Shown piece after piece: positions 1-6,975 of a stretch of 35,503 nucleotides of DNA (positions are counted from its first letter, which is position 1; every line of letters starts with the position of its first letter). This DNA comes from a virus (lineage: Duplodnaviria; Caudoviricetes): positions 1 through 35,503 of the IMG/VR virus record IMGVR_UViG_3300032095_000036; one strand, 5' to 3'. The notes under the pieces were generated by a model. That model ran no database searches. It was not told where the DNA came from and worked only from the letters and a program-made list of their open reading frames with translations. Position numbers and translations under genes: made by a program.

Positions 1-447
1 TTGGTAGCCGGTGCTGCTGGCCGCGCCGTAGTCGCCGGTGCTGCTGGCCGCGCCGCGGGTGCCGGTGCTGCTGGCGGGCGAGTCCGGGTCGATCGGCTTG
101 CACCGGCTCGTGGTGTACTCGATCGCCGCCTTGACCATGCCGACGATGTCGAGCTCAGCCTTGATGGAGATCTTGCGGCTGGCAACCTTAGTGTCGCCGC
201 TGTCTCGGCTCAAGTCGCCCGACTGCTCTACCATGGCGAAGCGGCTCCCGGCGGGCGGGTAATAGCCGAACACGTCAAGCGGGTACTCGCAGGCATGAAA
301 ACCGCCGGCGCAGGCCTCGACGTCGCCCTCGTGTTCATAGGTCTTGCCGAGTTCGTACTGGAAGCCGCGGCACTGCAGGTCCTTGTCAAAGCCCTTGTAA
401 GCCACGATCGCCTGGTCGGCACTGGTCTTCGTCTTCGTGCTCGCCAT
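1..447 (-). CDS. Phage protein with YKGF..CRGFQY..GFHAC N-terminal domain (DUF7666-like) and GAASSTGxx repeats; runs off the left edge
   Basis: Read manually: ATG at 447, MASTKTKTSADQAIVAYKGFDKDLQCRGFQYELGKTYEHEGDVEACAGGFHACEYPLDVFGYY...ASSTGTRGAASSTGDYGAASSTGYQ; GGAGG upstream. Missing from the ORF track because there is no stop in the window. Confidence 0.85.
   Translation of the reverse strand, partial: MASTKTKTSADQAIVAYKGFDKDLQCRGFQYELGKTYEHEGDVEACAGGFHACEYPLDVFGYYPPAGSRFAMVEQSGDLSRDSGDTKVASRKISIKAELDIVGMVKAAIEYTTSRCKPIDPDSPASSTGTRGAASSTGDYGAASSTGYQ
7..75. repeat. 27-bp period tandem repeat (GCCGGTGCTGCTGGC core) encoding 9-aa repeats
   Basis: Core starts at 7, 34 and 61. Confidence 0.9.
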
Positions 448-450
448 GGC

Positions 451-540
451 TCAGCCCTCCGCACCACCGCGAACGACACCAATACCGATCACCACGATCG
501 CCAGCCACACCGCACCGATGAAAAGCATGAACTGTCCCAT
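451..540 (-). CDS. 29-aa hydrophobic peptide, first gene of the pL operon
   Basis: MGQFMLFIGAVWLAIVVIGIGVVRGGAEG; GGAG RBS; stop 3 nt before the next ATG. Confidence 0.65.
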   Translation of the reverse strand: MGQFMLFIGAVWLAIVVIGIGVVRGGAEG

Positions 541-572
541 CCCGCATCTCCGAAATTGTCGATCCAGGTTGT

Positions 573-611
573 AGTAAAGCATGCTTTATTTAAATGCGCA
601 AGTATGCTTTA
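573..611 (-). promoter_or_regulatory. pL/OL: two repressor operators overlapping a leftward promoter
   Basis: TAAAGCATGCTTTA (575-588, perfect palindrome) and GCAAGTATGCTTTA (598-611); minus strand TTGCGC-17-TTTACT. Confidence 0.8.
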
Positions 612-613
612 GG

Positions 614-823
614 TCAGTCCTCCAGTACTCGAGCCAAAACCTTGGTCATCACCACGGCGGAAAGCCGCCGGGAAGTGGTGAAGACCCCGCTAAGTTCGTA
701 CGCGAGTTCTCCAGTCGGTAGACGTTCGATAACGATCGTGTCTCTGCTTGCGCTGTCGAGTGTTGCCTTCTGTGAGTGACCCCGTCCGGCTCTGAAGGCG
801 TGCAAGTCCACAACATCCGCCAT
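614..823 (-). CDS. 69-aa hypothetical protein between cI and pL (rex-like position)
   Basis: MADVVDLHAFRAGRG...; GGAGAG RBS before ATG 823. Confidence 0.65.
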   Translation of the reverse strand: MADVVDLHAFRAGRGHSQKATLDSASRDTIVIERLPTGELAYELSGVFTTSRRLSAVVMTKVLARVLED

Positions 824-917
824 GAAGCTCTCCGGTGCCCGCCGTGTGTCCGGCGGTATTTCCTGAGCTATCGACATAGCGGCCGCGCAATTGCCGTTGG
901 ACCCCACTTCAGAGGGG

Positions 918-933
918 TGCAGATTTGTCTGCA
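918..933. promoter_or_regulatory. TGCAGA-N4-TCTGCA palindrome, putative operator
   Basis: TGCAGA TTTG TCTGCA; same motif at 2104 and 33186. Confidence 0.65.
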
Positions 934-961
934 AATGCCGTCGAGGCTGCGCGCCGGAAAC

Positions 962-987
962 AAAAAAGCCCGCCAAGTGGCGGGCTT
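962..987 (-). terminator. Intrinsic terminator downstream of cI
   Basis: AAGCCCGCCA/TGGCGGGCTT inverted repeat with a T-run on the minus strand. Confidence 0.85.
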
Positions 988-1006
988 CTGTATTCGGTGG
1001 CGAGCG

Positions 1007-1432
1007 TTAGGACGCCTTTCGCCGGCGATGCGGGCTCTCGTCGGCCTCTATCACGCCGCGGGGGGGCGGGCGCCCCCAGTCGTCCTGGCACTCAAGGCTC
1101 GCAGCCAGGAACGCCGCAACCACCGCGTCCAGTCCTTCCTTCTGCTTGGGGGTCAGGCGTTCGTACTCAGCGCGGCTGGCACGGAACGGCCATGCCTGCG
1201 GCACTTCCGCTTGCGCCTGGGGCGAGCCGGCTCCGGTGGCCAGCCAGTACGCATCGACTCCAAGGAAGCGCGCCGCCTTCACCGAATTCTCGGCAGTCAG
1301 CGCCTTCGTCTTTCCGAGCAACACCTGCGACACAGCCTGAACGCTGATGCTGAGGTCATCGGCCAGGTCTTGCCGATCCTTCCCGGAGAGGTCGAGAGCT
1401 TGGGCGAGTCGTTCGCCATAGGTGCTTGCCAT
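1007..1432 (-). CDS. cI: CI-like prophage repressor (XRE HTH), 141 aa, no S24 autopeptidase domain
   Basis: MASTYGERLAQAL...QDLADDLSISVQAVSQVLLG...FLGVDAYWLATG; divergent from cro across three operators. Confidence 0.85.
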   Translation of the reverse strand: MASTYGERLAQALDLSGKDRQDLADDLSISVQAVSQVLLGKTKALTAENSVKAARFLGVDAYWLATGAGSPQAQAEVPQAWPFRASRAEYERLTPKQKEGLDAVVAAFLAASLECQDDWGRPPPRGVIEADESPHRRRKAS

Positions 1433-1435
1433 GGC

Positions 1436-1495
1436 GAAAGCATACTTACATGCCACTAAAGCATGGTTGCCATCTTCGCTAAAGAATGCTTTAAT
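1436..1495. promoter_or_regulatory. OR region: three operators with pR and pRM
   Basis: GAAAGCATACTTAC 1436-1449, TAAAGCATGGTTGC 1457-1470, TAAAGAATGCTTTA 1480-1493; pR TTGCCA(1467)-17-TTTAAT(1490); minus-strand TATGCT 6 nt before the cI ATG. Confidence 0.85.
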
Positions 1496-1502
1496 TCCCG
1501 GC

Positions 1503-1724
1503 ATGGAAAAGTCCAAGGCAACAGCCCTTCTAGGTGGAACGACGTCGGCAGCCGCCGAGGCGATCGGCATCTCGCCGCAGGCCTACTCGCAGTGGCCTGA
1601 CCAGTTGCCCAAGCGCCTGGCGGACCGCGTCGTCGCGGCCATTGCTCGTCGGCACCTTCCTGCGTCGCTCATTGGTGTCGAGGAGACGCATGCCGCGACT
1701 TCTGGTGGCCGTGCCGGGGGCTGA
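1503..1724 (+). CDS. cro: Cro-like repressor
   Basis: MEKSKATALLGGTTSAAAEAIGISPQAYSQWPDQLP, a Cro-type HTH; position next to OR. Confidence 0.85.
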   Translation: MEKSKATALLGGTTSAAAEAIGISPQAYSQWPDQLPKRLADRVVAAIARRHLPASLIGVEETHAATSGGRAGG

Positions 1725-2055
1725 GGTCTTCCTCGAGAACAAAGACCAGCAGTTCGAGCTGCGAGAGCAGGCGGCGCGCCAGTTGCAGACACGCGAGCGC
1801 GGCCTGTCTCTGGTCCATCGAGGAGGCCACCGGCCCGTATGGCCTTCCTTCGCCTGTTGCAAGCCACTTGGCTGAAACACCGAGGACACGGGCAATCGCA
1901 TCGGTATGGCGGCTTCCACGGGCATTGCGGTTCGGGTTGCAGAGGTAGTTGACGGACTGATGGCGCATGCCGACGCGCTCGGCAAGAGCGGCTTGCGATA
2001 GGGGTGGATTGACCTGGGCCATCGCCCAGCGCAGTCGATCACTGTAGGTCTGCAT
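1669..2055 (-). CDS. Second CI-like XRE HTH regulator, 128 aa
   Basis: MQTYSDRLRWAM...SQAALAERVGMRHQSVNYL...VLGVSAKWLATGEG; convergent with and overlapping cro. Confidence 0.8.
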   Translation of the reverse strand: MQTYSDRLRWAMAQVNPPLSQAALAERVGMRHQSVNYLCNPNRNARGSRHTDAIARVLGVSAKWLATGEGRPYGPVASSMDQRQAALACLQLARRLLSQLELLVFVLEEDLSPRHGHQKSRHASPRHQ

Positions 2056-2080
2056 GCGCCCGAGTGTGTCATCGGTCGCA

Positions 2081-2121
2081 TGCAGATGTGCCTGCTGTTT
2101 TCCTGCAGAGGCGTCTGCAGG
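2081..2121. promoter_or_regulatory. Tandem TGCAGA-N4-TCTGCA operators upstream of the second HTH gene
   Basis: TGCAGATGTGCCTGCT 2081-2096 (10/12) and TGCAGAGGCGTCTGCA 2104-2119 (perfect), 23 bp apart. Confidence 0.65.
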
Positions 2122-2234
2122 GCTGGACGCGGGAAGTCATAGGTCGGCTCGTTTTGTTGTTGTGAAGCGAGTCTAGGAGCCGAGGAGGAGAGAGTCATGC
2201 GAAGCGAGTCGCAAGAGAAGGGCGGAGCGGAGAG

Positions 2235-2450
2235 ATGCTGAAACGACTGTATGCCGAGCTCGTGCTTTGGCTGATCCGGCCCGGAATTGAAAAGGCGCTC
2301 GAGCCCGACGGGCTGATTTGGTCGGAGTTCGAGCGAGGCGGGCCCGGCGGCGCGCAACTCAGCGTTGTCCGGGTCGGTGAAGTCGTCGCTACCGCAACGG
2401 CGGCTACGACAGAGGATTTCAGGCAGGGCGGACCTCTGTCTGGCCAGTAA
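2235..2450 (+). CDS. Hypothetical phage protein
   Basis: MLKRLYAELVLWLIRP...; GGAGAG RBS; orientation of the early right operon. Confidence 0.6.
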   Translation: MLKRLYAELVLWLIRPGIEKALEPDGLIWSEFERGGPGGAQLSVVRVGEVVATATAATTEDFRQGGPLSGQ

Positions 2451-2496
2451 GGACGGGGCGAACCACTCAACCGGACATGCTGAGCGATGAAGAGGA

Positions 2497-2910
2497 TCAC
2501 CGGAGCATTGCAACAGTCAGGCACACAAGCGCTGCAGCAAATAGCGTTGCTTGCGCGGCGATTAGCTTCGCGTGTCCTCTCGGAGGCAAACGCCTTATCG
2601 CTATGGGTTCCGCCGAATCATTTTGCCGAGCGACTTCCGATAGTTTTTTTGCCAGGGCCCAGTGATGCAGCGGCGCCATCACGATCTGCCATTGCACGAG
2701 GAAGCCAACGAGGACGGAAGCGAGCAGTAAGAGCCAGCCGGCCTTCGTTGCCATGGATGCGGACGCTGCGAGGCTCTTTCCGTGCAAGCCAGCGAGGAGC
2801 GCGAGGCAGCCGGTCGAAGTAGTCAGAAGTGTCCTTGTAAATGAATGCAGCTCGATCACGTGTTCGTTCTTCAGCTGGCGCTCTAGTTCGAACTCCGACT
2901 TCGGTTCCAT
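2497..2910 (-). CDS. Moron-like membrane protein with about 3 hydrophobic segments
   Basis: Antisense to the operon; AAGGGG RBS; hydrophobic stretches GCLALLAGL, GWLLLLASVLVGFLV, LFAAALVCLTVAML. Confidence 0.7.
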   Translation of the reverse strand: MEPKSEFELERQLKNEHVIELHSFTRTLLTTSTGCLALLAGLHGKSLAASASMATKAGWLLLLASVLVGFLVQWQIVMAPLHHWALAKKLSEVARQNDSAEPIAIRRLPPRGHAKLIAAQATLFAAALVCLTVAMLR

Positions 2911-3040
2911 GCGTACCCCTTTCGTGGGTGGTTGAGAAGGTGAGAGATCTCGATTTTTTCACGGCAGCGGGTGCGCACCCAATACCCCCGGTGGGGCAGT
3001 TGACGACGCGGTCAGCTTCGACCGCGGGAGAGAGATAGGT

Positions 3041-3619
3041 ATGCGAAACGGATCGCAGAAAACACTGATTGGCCTGGTGCGTGAGCACGTGAACGCGTGC
3101 CGCAAGGCTTTGGGATGGAGCCGGGAGGCGGTGGCAGACGTCATCGTCGAGGCGCACGAGCGGATCGGAGGGCCGGCCGCGACTGGCATTCGGTTTGAGC
3201 CGAAGACCACGGACACGTTCGAGCGAGCTAAGGTCAATGCCGATCGCATCTTCCGTTGGTTGGACGACGACTCGAAAGACACCAACCTGCTGCCGGCGAA
3301 TTTCCTGCCGTCAATTCTGGCCGGTCTGCCGGTGGAGGAGCGCATCGCGCTGCTGAACGACATCCTCGCACCGGTGGGTCTGACCGTCCGCCGGATGAAC
3401 GACGGCGCCGGGCTGACCCTGCCGGCGGCGCGGCACTTGGTGCAGATCGCGAAGGAATCGGCCGAGGCGCAGTGCTCGATGGCTGAGCTGATCGACGGCG
3501 CGACGCTGGCCGAACTGCAGCGCGCCGAACGCGAGCTCGCCGAAGCGGAGCGCGTCTACCAGCGGGCGCGCGAGGACGTGAGCGCGCAGCTGAACAACCG
3601 CCTGCAGGTGGTGGCATGA
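3041..3619 (+). CDS. YdaT-like / CII-position transcription regulator
   Basis: NADRIFRWLD...FLPSILAGLP motif, C-terminal coiled coil, position downstream of cro. Confidence 0.65.
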   Translation: MRNGSQKTLIGLVREHVNACRKALGWSREAVADVIVEAHERIGGPAATGIRFEPKTTDTFERAKVNADRIFRWLDDDSKDTNLLPANFLPSILAGLPVEERIALLNDILAPVGLTVRRMNDGAGLTLPAARHLVQIAKESAEAQCSMAELIDGATLAELQRAERELAEAERVYQRAREDVSAQLNNRLQVVA

Positions 3620-3810
3620 ACCTGCGCCATCTGACCGAAGGCCTCGTCTACCGCCTGCCGAGCGGCAAGCGTGCCAAGTTCGCGCGCTACGTCGCCCGGA
3701 CCCGTGCCTACGTGTTCGTCTACGAAGACGACGGTAGCGACATCCGGGACCGCACGGTCCCGCTGACCGAGCGCACCGCGGCGCTGGCCGTACCGGAGCT
3801 GGGCCAATGA
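3616..3810 (+). CDS. Hypothetical protein
   Basis: ATGA overlaps at both ends. Confidence 0.7.
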   Translation: MNLRHLTEGLVYRLPSGKRAKFARYVARTRAYVFVYEDDGSDIRDRTVPLTERTAALAVPELGQ

Positions 3811-3977
3811 TCCACGAGCTGATGCCGCGCCAGGCGGTCCGGGAGGCGGGCGCCGAGGCCTTCCGCCGGGGCGCGAGCGAGGACGACAACCCGCACTGGC
3901 CGCCGGGCACCGACGCCTATCTCGAATGGCTGTCCGGCTTCAAGACTGAGCAATACAAGGCCGCAAAGGCCGCGTAG
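3807..3977 (+). CDS. 56-aa protein with a G..A...G....NP......W..G pattern (RMF/CrpP-related-like)
   Basis: MIHELMPRQAVREAGAEAFRRGASEDDNPHWPPGTDAYLEWLSGFKTEQYKAAKAA; ATGA coupling; below the ORF track cutoff. Confidence 0.7.
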   Translation: MIHELMPRQAVREAGAEAFRRGASEDDNPHWPPGTDAYLEWLSGFKTEQYKAAKAA

Positions 3978-3987
3978 GGGAGGGAAG

Positions 3988-4329
3988 GTGGAGGCGAAAC
4001 GGAAAGCGACCATGGCGGAGCGGCGGCATATGGCTGCCGTCGCATCCCTCGGATGCATCGTCGACACCCTTGAGGGTAACCCGGGCGTCCCCGCGGAGAT
4101 CCATCACATTCGGACTGGGACTGGCGCTGGACTTCGATCGAGCCACCTACGCGTCCTGCCCCTCTGCCCGCTTCATCACCGAGGGCGCCTTGGCATCCAC
4201 GGTCCACTTGGGCGCGGCTTTGTCGCCCATCTGGGTTTGACTGAGCTTGATCTGTTGGTGCTCGTCGAGCGGGCCCTTGAACTTCAATCTGTGCGGGCGG
4301 GTGCCGCCGCCGTAGGGAGATACGCATGA
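3988..4329 (+). CDS. Ref-family (recombination enhancement) HNH-type nuclease
   Basis: HMAAVASLGCIV...AEIHHIRTG..G.RSSH..VLPLCPLHHRG. Confidence 0.75.
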   Translation: MEAKRKATMAERRHMAAVASLGCIVDTLEGNPGVPAEIHHIRTGTGAGLRSSHLRVLPLCPLHHRGRLGIHGPLGRGFVAHLGLTELDLLVLVERALELQSVRAGAAAVGRYA

Positions 4330-4532
4330 ATGGAAACGATGCCGCTCGGCGGATGAGGGTTCCCCGCTATGCGGTGGATTTGCTCTATGCGGCAAAACTG
4401 GTCGCACACCCGCCTGTTAATGCAACCCCGGAGTTGCTGGGCGAGTATCAGGCTGCGCTTGTGCGCGCAGTCTCGGCGTTCGAAGAGGCAATGCCCGTGA
4501 AGGACGGTGTCATTCAGGAGTCTGAGTCGTGA
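4326..4532 (+). CDS. Hypothetical protein
   Basis: Overlap-coupled at both ends; GGGAGA RBS. Confidence 0.65.
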   Translation: MNGNDAARRMRVPRYAVDLLYAAKLVAHPPVNATPELLGEYQAALVRAVSAFEEAMPVKDGVIQESES

Positions 4533-5311
4533 GCCAACTACTGCATTCCACAGCCAGCCCCTCTGTTTCGGAGGTTGTCCCCGTGTCGAATCGCCGCATC
4601 GGCGGCAGTGAGATCCAAACGGTGGACGCCCGACTGCTGCACGCCCTCCTTGAGGTCGGCAAGGATTTCTCTACTTGGATCAAGGACCGCATCGAGCAGT
4701 ACGGCTTCGTTGAGAACCATGACTTCCTTGCCGCCCAAGAATTGAGCTCCCCGAAATCGGGGAGCTCAATGGCGCGCCCTCAGCGCACCATTGCCTATTA
4801 CCTGTCCCTCGACATGGCGAAGGAGCTTGCCATGGTGGAGCGCAACGCGAAAGGCAGGCAGGCTCGCCAGTATTTCATCGAATGCGAGCGCCGAGCCAAA
4901 GCGAATGTCGTGAACCTGCACCAGGTTATCGATGATCCGAGCGCACTCCGTCAGGTCCTACTCGGATATACCGAGCGCGTCATCAAGCTTGAGAGCCAGC
5001 TGGAGGCCGCTCAACCCAAGGTGGATTTCCACGACAAGGTCTGCGAAGCCGTCAATGCGCAGTCTATTGAAGAGGTCGCGAAGGTTCTCAGCACGGGTCG
5101 AAACCGCCTGTTCCGCTGGCTGCGGGAGCGTGGGTTGTTGCAGAAGTCGAACATTCCCTATCAGGAATACATCGATAGGGGCTATTTCCGTGTGATCGAG
5201 CGCCAATACGTTGATGGCCGCGGTGAATCGCATACCTACACGAGGACCTTGGTAACTGGGCGCGGCCTTTCGTACATCCAGCGCCATCTGGCGGAAGCGG
5301 TGGCGGCATGA
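4529..5311 (+). CDS. ant: Phage antirepressor (AntA/AntB N-domain plus ANT/KilAC C-domain)
   Basis: VDARLLHALLEVGKDFSTWIKDRIEQYGFVEN..LSLDMAKELAMVERN..GRQARQYFIECE; PKVDFHD..GRNRLFRWLR..PYQEYIDRGYF..VTGRG. Confidence 0.9.
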   Translation: MSQLLHSTASPSVSEVVPVSNRRIGGSEIQTVDARLLHALLEVGKDFSTWIKDRIEQYGFVENHDFLAAQELSSPKSGSSMARPQRTIAYYLSLDMAKELAMVERNAKGRQARQYFIECERRAKANVVNLHQVIDDPSALRQVLLGYTERVIKLESQLEAAQPKVDFHDKVCEAVNAQSIEEVAKVLSTGRNRLFRWLRERGLLQKSNIPYQEYIDRGYFRVIERQYVDGRGESHTYTRTLVTGRGLSYIQRHLAEAVAA

Positions 5312-5317
5312 TCCAGA

Positions 5318-5346
5318 TTGACGCATCGCGCCGCCAGGACTATGCT
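5318..5346 (+). promoter_or_regulatory. Sigma70 promoter of the c4/ash-type unit
   Basis: TTGACG(5318)-17-TATGCT(5341). Confidence 0.75.
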
Positions 5347-5465
5347 ATCCACGTTGCCGAAACAACGGCACACGGGATTGGCGTCCCGGAACTTCCAGGC
5401 GCACAAAAGCCGCGCCCGCACATCATGCACGCGGCTTTTTTGTTCGCAACGCTCGCGCTTGCCTA

Positions 5466-5542
5466 TGGTGGCGCCGGGCGGGAGCCCCGCGAGGGGCGCC
5501 GGTCCTGGAGTCCGGTACGCCAATCCCGCTCGGTTGCCACCA
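5466..5542 (+). ncRNA. C4-type antisense RNA (P1/P7 c4, P4 CI, N15 CA class)
   Basis: Closing stem TGGTGGC/GCCACCA; internal GCCCC-GCGA-GGGGC hairpin; 5511-5528 complementary (17/18) to upstream target 5373-5390 and to GATTGGCGT 5547-5555; the overlapping ORF from 5308 reads like Ash-family sequence. Confidence 0.8.
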
Positions 5543-5595
5543 CCCCGATTGGCGTCGGGGGGTGGCGGTATCAACCGCACTCCAGGAGTCGAGCC

Positions 5596-6048
5596 ATGGC
5601 GAACAGCGCCCATGGTGCGCGCACGCGCACGTCTGCAGCATCCAATCCCGAATCCCCCAACGCCCGTGTCATCAGCTTCCCGAGCTCGCTCTCCGAGCCG
5701 GCGGTGCAGGGCCGTCTCCGCGGCCGTTTGCCGCGCTCCATCCCGCGCATCCCGACGATTCTGCGTGAGCGGAGGTACGCCGAGTTCAAAGCCAACCTCC
5801 AAACCGACGAGCAGCGGCGCGACGAGCTGGAAGACGCACTGTCGCGGGACTACATCCGGATTGTCCGGCGCTCCGATGGCACCCGAAGCGTTTCCTTGGC
5901 GGGTCGGTACATGGACGACCACGGGTATGCGGCGGAAGCCCTATGGGACGTCATGGAGGCTCTGGAGCGGTGGTATGGCGCTCGACTTCCTCAAGTCAGC
6001 ACCGCTCGGCCGTTGGCCCCTGTGCTTCGACTCATTGCCGGAGACTGA
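5596..6048 (+). CDS. Hypothetical protein downstream of c4 (the in-frame extension from 5308 is the Ash-like reading)
   Basis: CAGGAG RBS before ATG 5596; MANSAHGARTRTS... Confidence 0.65.
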   Translation: MANSAHGARTRTSAASNPESPNARVISFPSSLSEPAVQGRLRGRLPRSIPRIPTILRERRYAEFKANLQTDEQRRDELEDALSRDYIRIVRRSDGTRSVSLAGRYMDDHGYAAEALWDVMEALERWYGARLPQVSTARPLAPVLRLIAGD

Positions 6049-6051
6049 CCC

Positions 6052-6975
6052 ATGGACTGGTTTCGTTGGTGGCACGGGTCCCTGACTGATCCGAAGTTCC
6101 AGTGGGTGGCAAAGAAGTCTGGCCAAAGCCTGCCGGTTGTCATTTCTTTCTGGGTTGCTGTTCTTGAGCACGCGAGCACAGTGACGCACGGTGACGCACG
6201 TGTGACGCACGGTGACGCAGGTGTGACGACTGGTAGTGAATCTCCAACGCGAGGGAGCATTGCCGGGCTCGACTGCGAATCCCTCGACGTGCTGTTTGAT
6301 CTGGACGACGGCGCTTGCGCGGCGATTCTCGCCTCGATGGAAGCCAAGGGTTTGATTGCAGACGGTCGGGTGGCCAATTGGGAGCGGCGCCAGCCAAGTC
6401 GCGAAGACTCAAGCGCAGAGCGGACTCGCGAGTATCGAGCACGCAAACGTGCCGAGAAAGCTGGTGACGCTGCGACTCACAGTGAAACGAGTGGTGACGC
6501 ATGTGTGACGCAGTGTGACGCAGGTGTGACGCACTGTGACGCACCAGATAAGAGTAGAGAAGAGGAGATTAGAACTACAGATACCTCAGTGGTACATGAG
6601 TGTGAGAGTGCGTCGACTTCGTCGACGCCGCGCGCACGACCCAAATCGAAGTCGAGGAAGACGCCATTGCCGGCAGGGTTTGCCGTCAGCGACCGCGTCG
6701 CGGCTTGGGCGGAGGACAAGGGCCATCGCGACTTGGACCGTCACCTGGAGGCGTTCGTAGCCAAATGCCGGGCACGAGGCTACCAGTACGTCGACTGGGA
6801 TGCCGCCTTCATGGAAGCCATCCGGCAGGACTGGGCTGGACTGGGCAGGGCGCGGGATGCGCCGCGCGGCCAGAAGTTCGATCCCGTTGCCTACGTCAAC
6901 CGAAACCGCATGGTGAACCCCGATGGACATGACTCTGCCTCCGTTATCGATGTCGAAGCGAAGCTTGTGGCTTGA
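6052..6975 (+). CDS. Replication initiator (O-analogue) containing the origin
   Basis: MDWFRWWHG...DPKF N-terminus, NWERRQPSREDSSAERTREYRARK, internal iterons, C-terminal YVDWDAAF. Confidence 0.85.
   Translation: MDWFRWWHGSLTDPKFQWVAKKSGQSLPVVISFWVAVLEHASTVTHGDARVTHGDAGVTTGSESPTRGSIAGLDCESLDVLFDLDDGACAAILASMEAKGLIADGRVANWERRQPSREDSSAERTREYRARKRAEKAGDAATHSETSGDACVTQCDAGVTHCDAPDKSREEEIRTTDTSVVHECESASTSSTPRARPKSKSRKTPLPAGFAVSDRVAAWAEDKGHRDLDRHLEAFVAKCRARGYQYVDWDAAFMEAIRQDWAGLGRARDAPRGQKFDPVAYVNRNRMVNPDGHDSASVIDVEAKLVA
6181..6228. repeat. Iteron cluster 1 (GTGACGCA x4 plus GTGACG)
   Basis: Starts at 6181, 6191, 6202, 6212, 6223; about 10.5-bp phasing. Confidence 0.85.
6494..6543. repeat. Iteron cluster 2 (GTGACGCA x5), probable ori
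   Basis: Starts at 6494, 6505, 6515, 6526, 6536; followed by an A/purine-rich tract at about 6546-6583. Confidence 0.85.

Noticed and set aside
1-612. 203-aa plus-strand ORF
   Set aside because: Antisense shadow of the real minus-strand genes (447 to <1 and 540-451)
2102-2121. CCTGCAGAGGCGTCTGCAGG as a quorum-sensing lux box
   Set aside because: Spacing is CTG-N12-CAG rather than CTG-N10-CAG, and the flanking CC/GG is absent at 918
2069-2140. 23-codon minus-strand ORF upstream of the second HTH gene
   Set aside because: No clear RBS, out of frame with the HTH gene, and it overlaps the operator pair
5308-5595. N-terminal Ash-like part of ORF 5308-6048 as a definite protein
   Set aside because: The region is explained by the promoter, C4 RNA and its targets, and a better RBS precedes ATG 5596; translation from 5308 is not excluded
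6181-6543. GTGACGCA repeats as a CRISPR array or DGR repeats
   Set aside because: 8-bp units without spacers inside a replication gene; no cas or reverse transcriptase gene in the window
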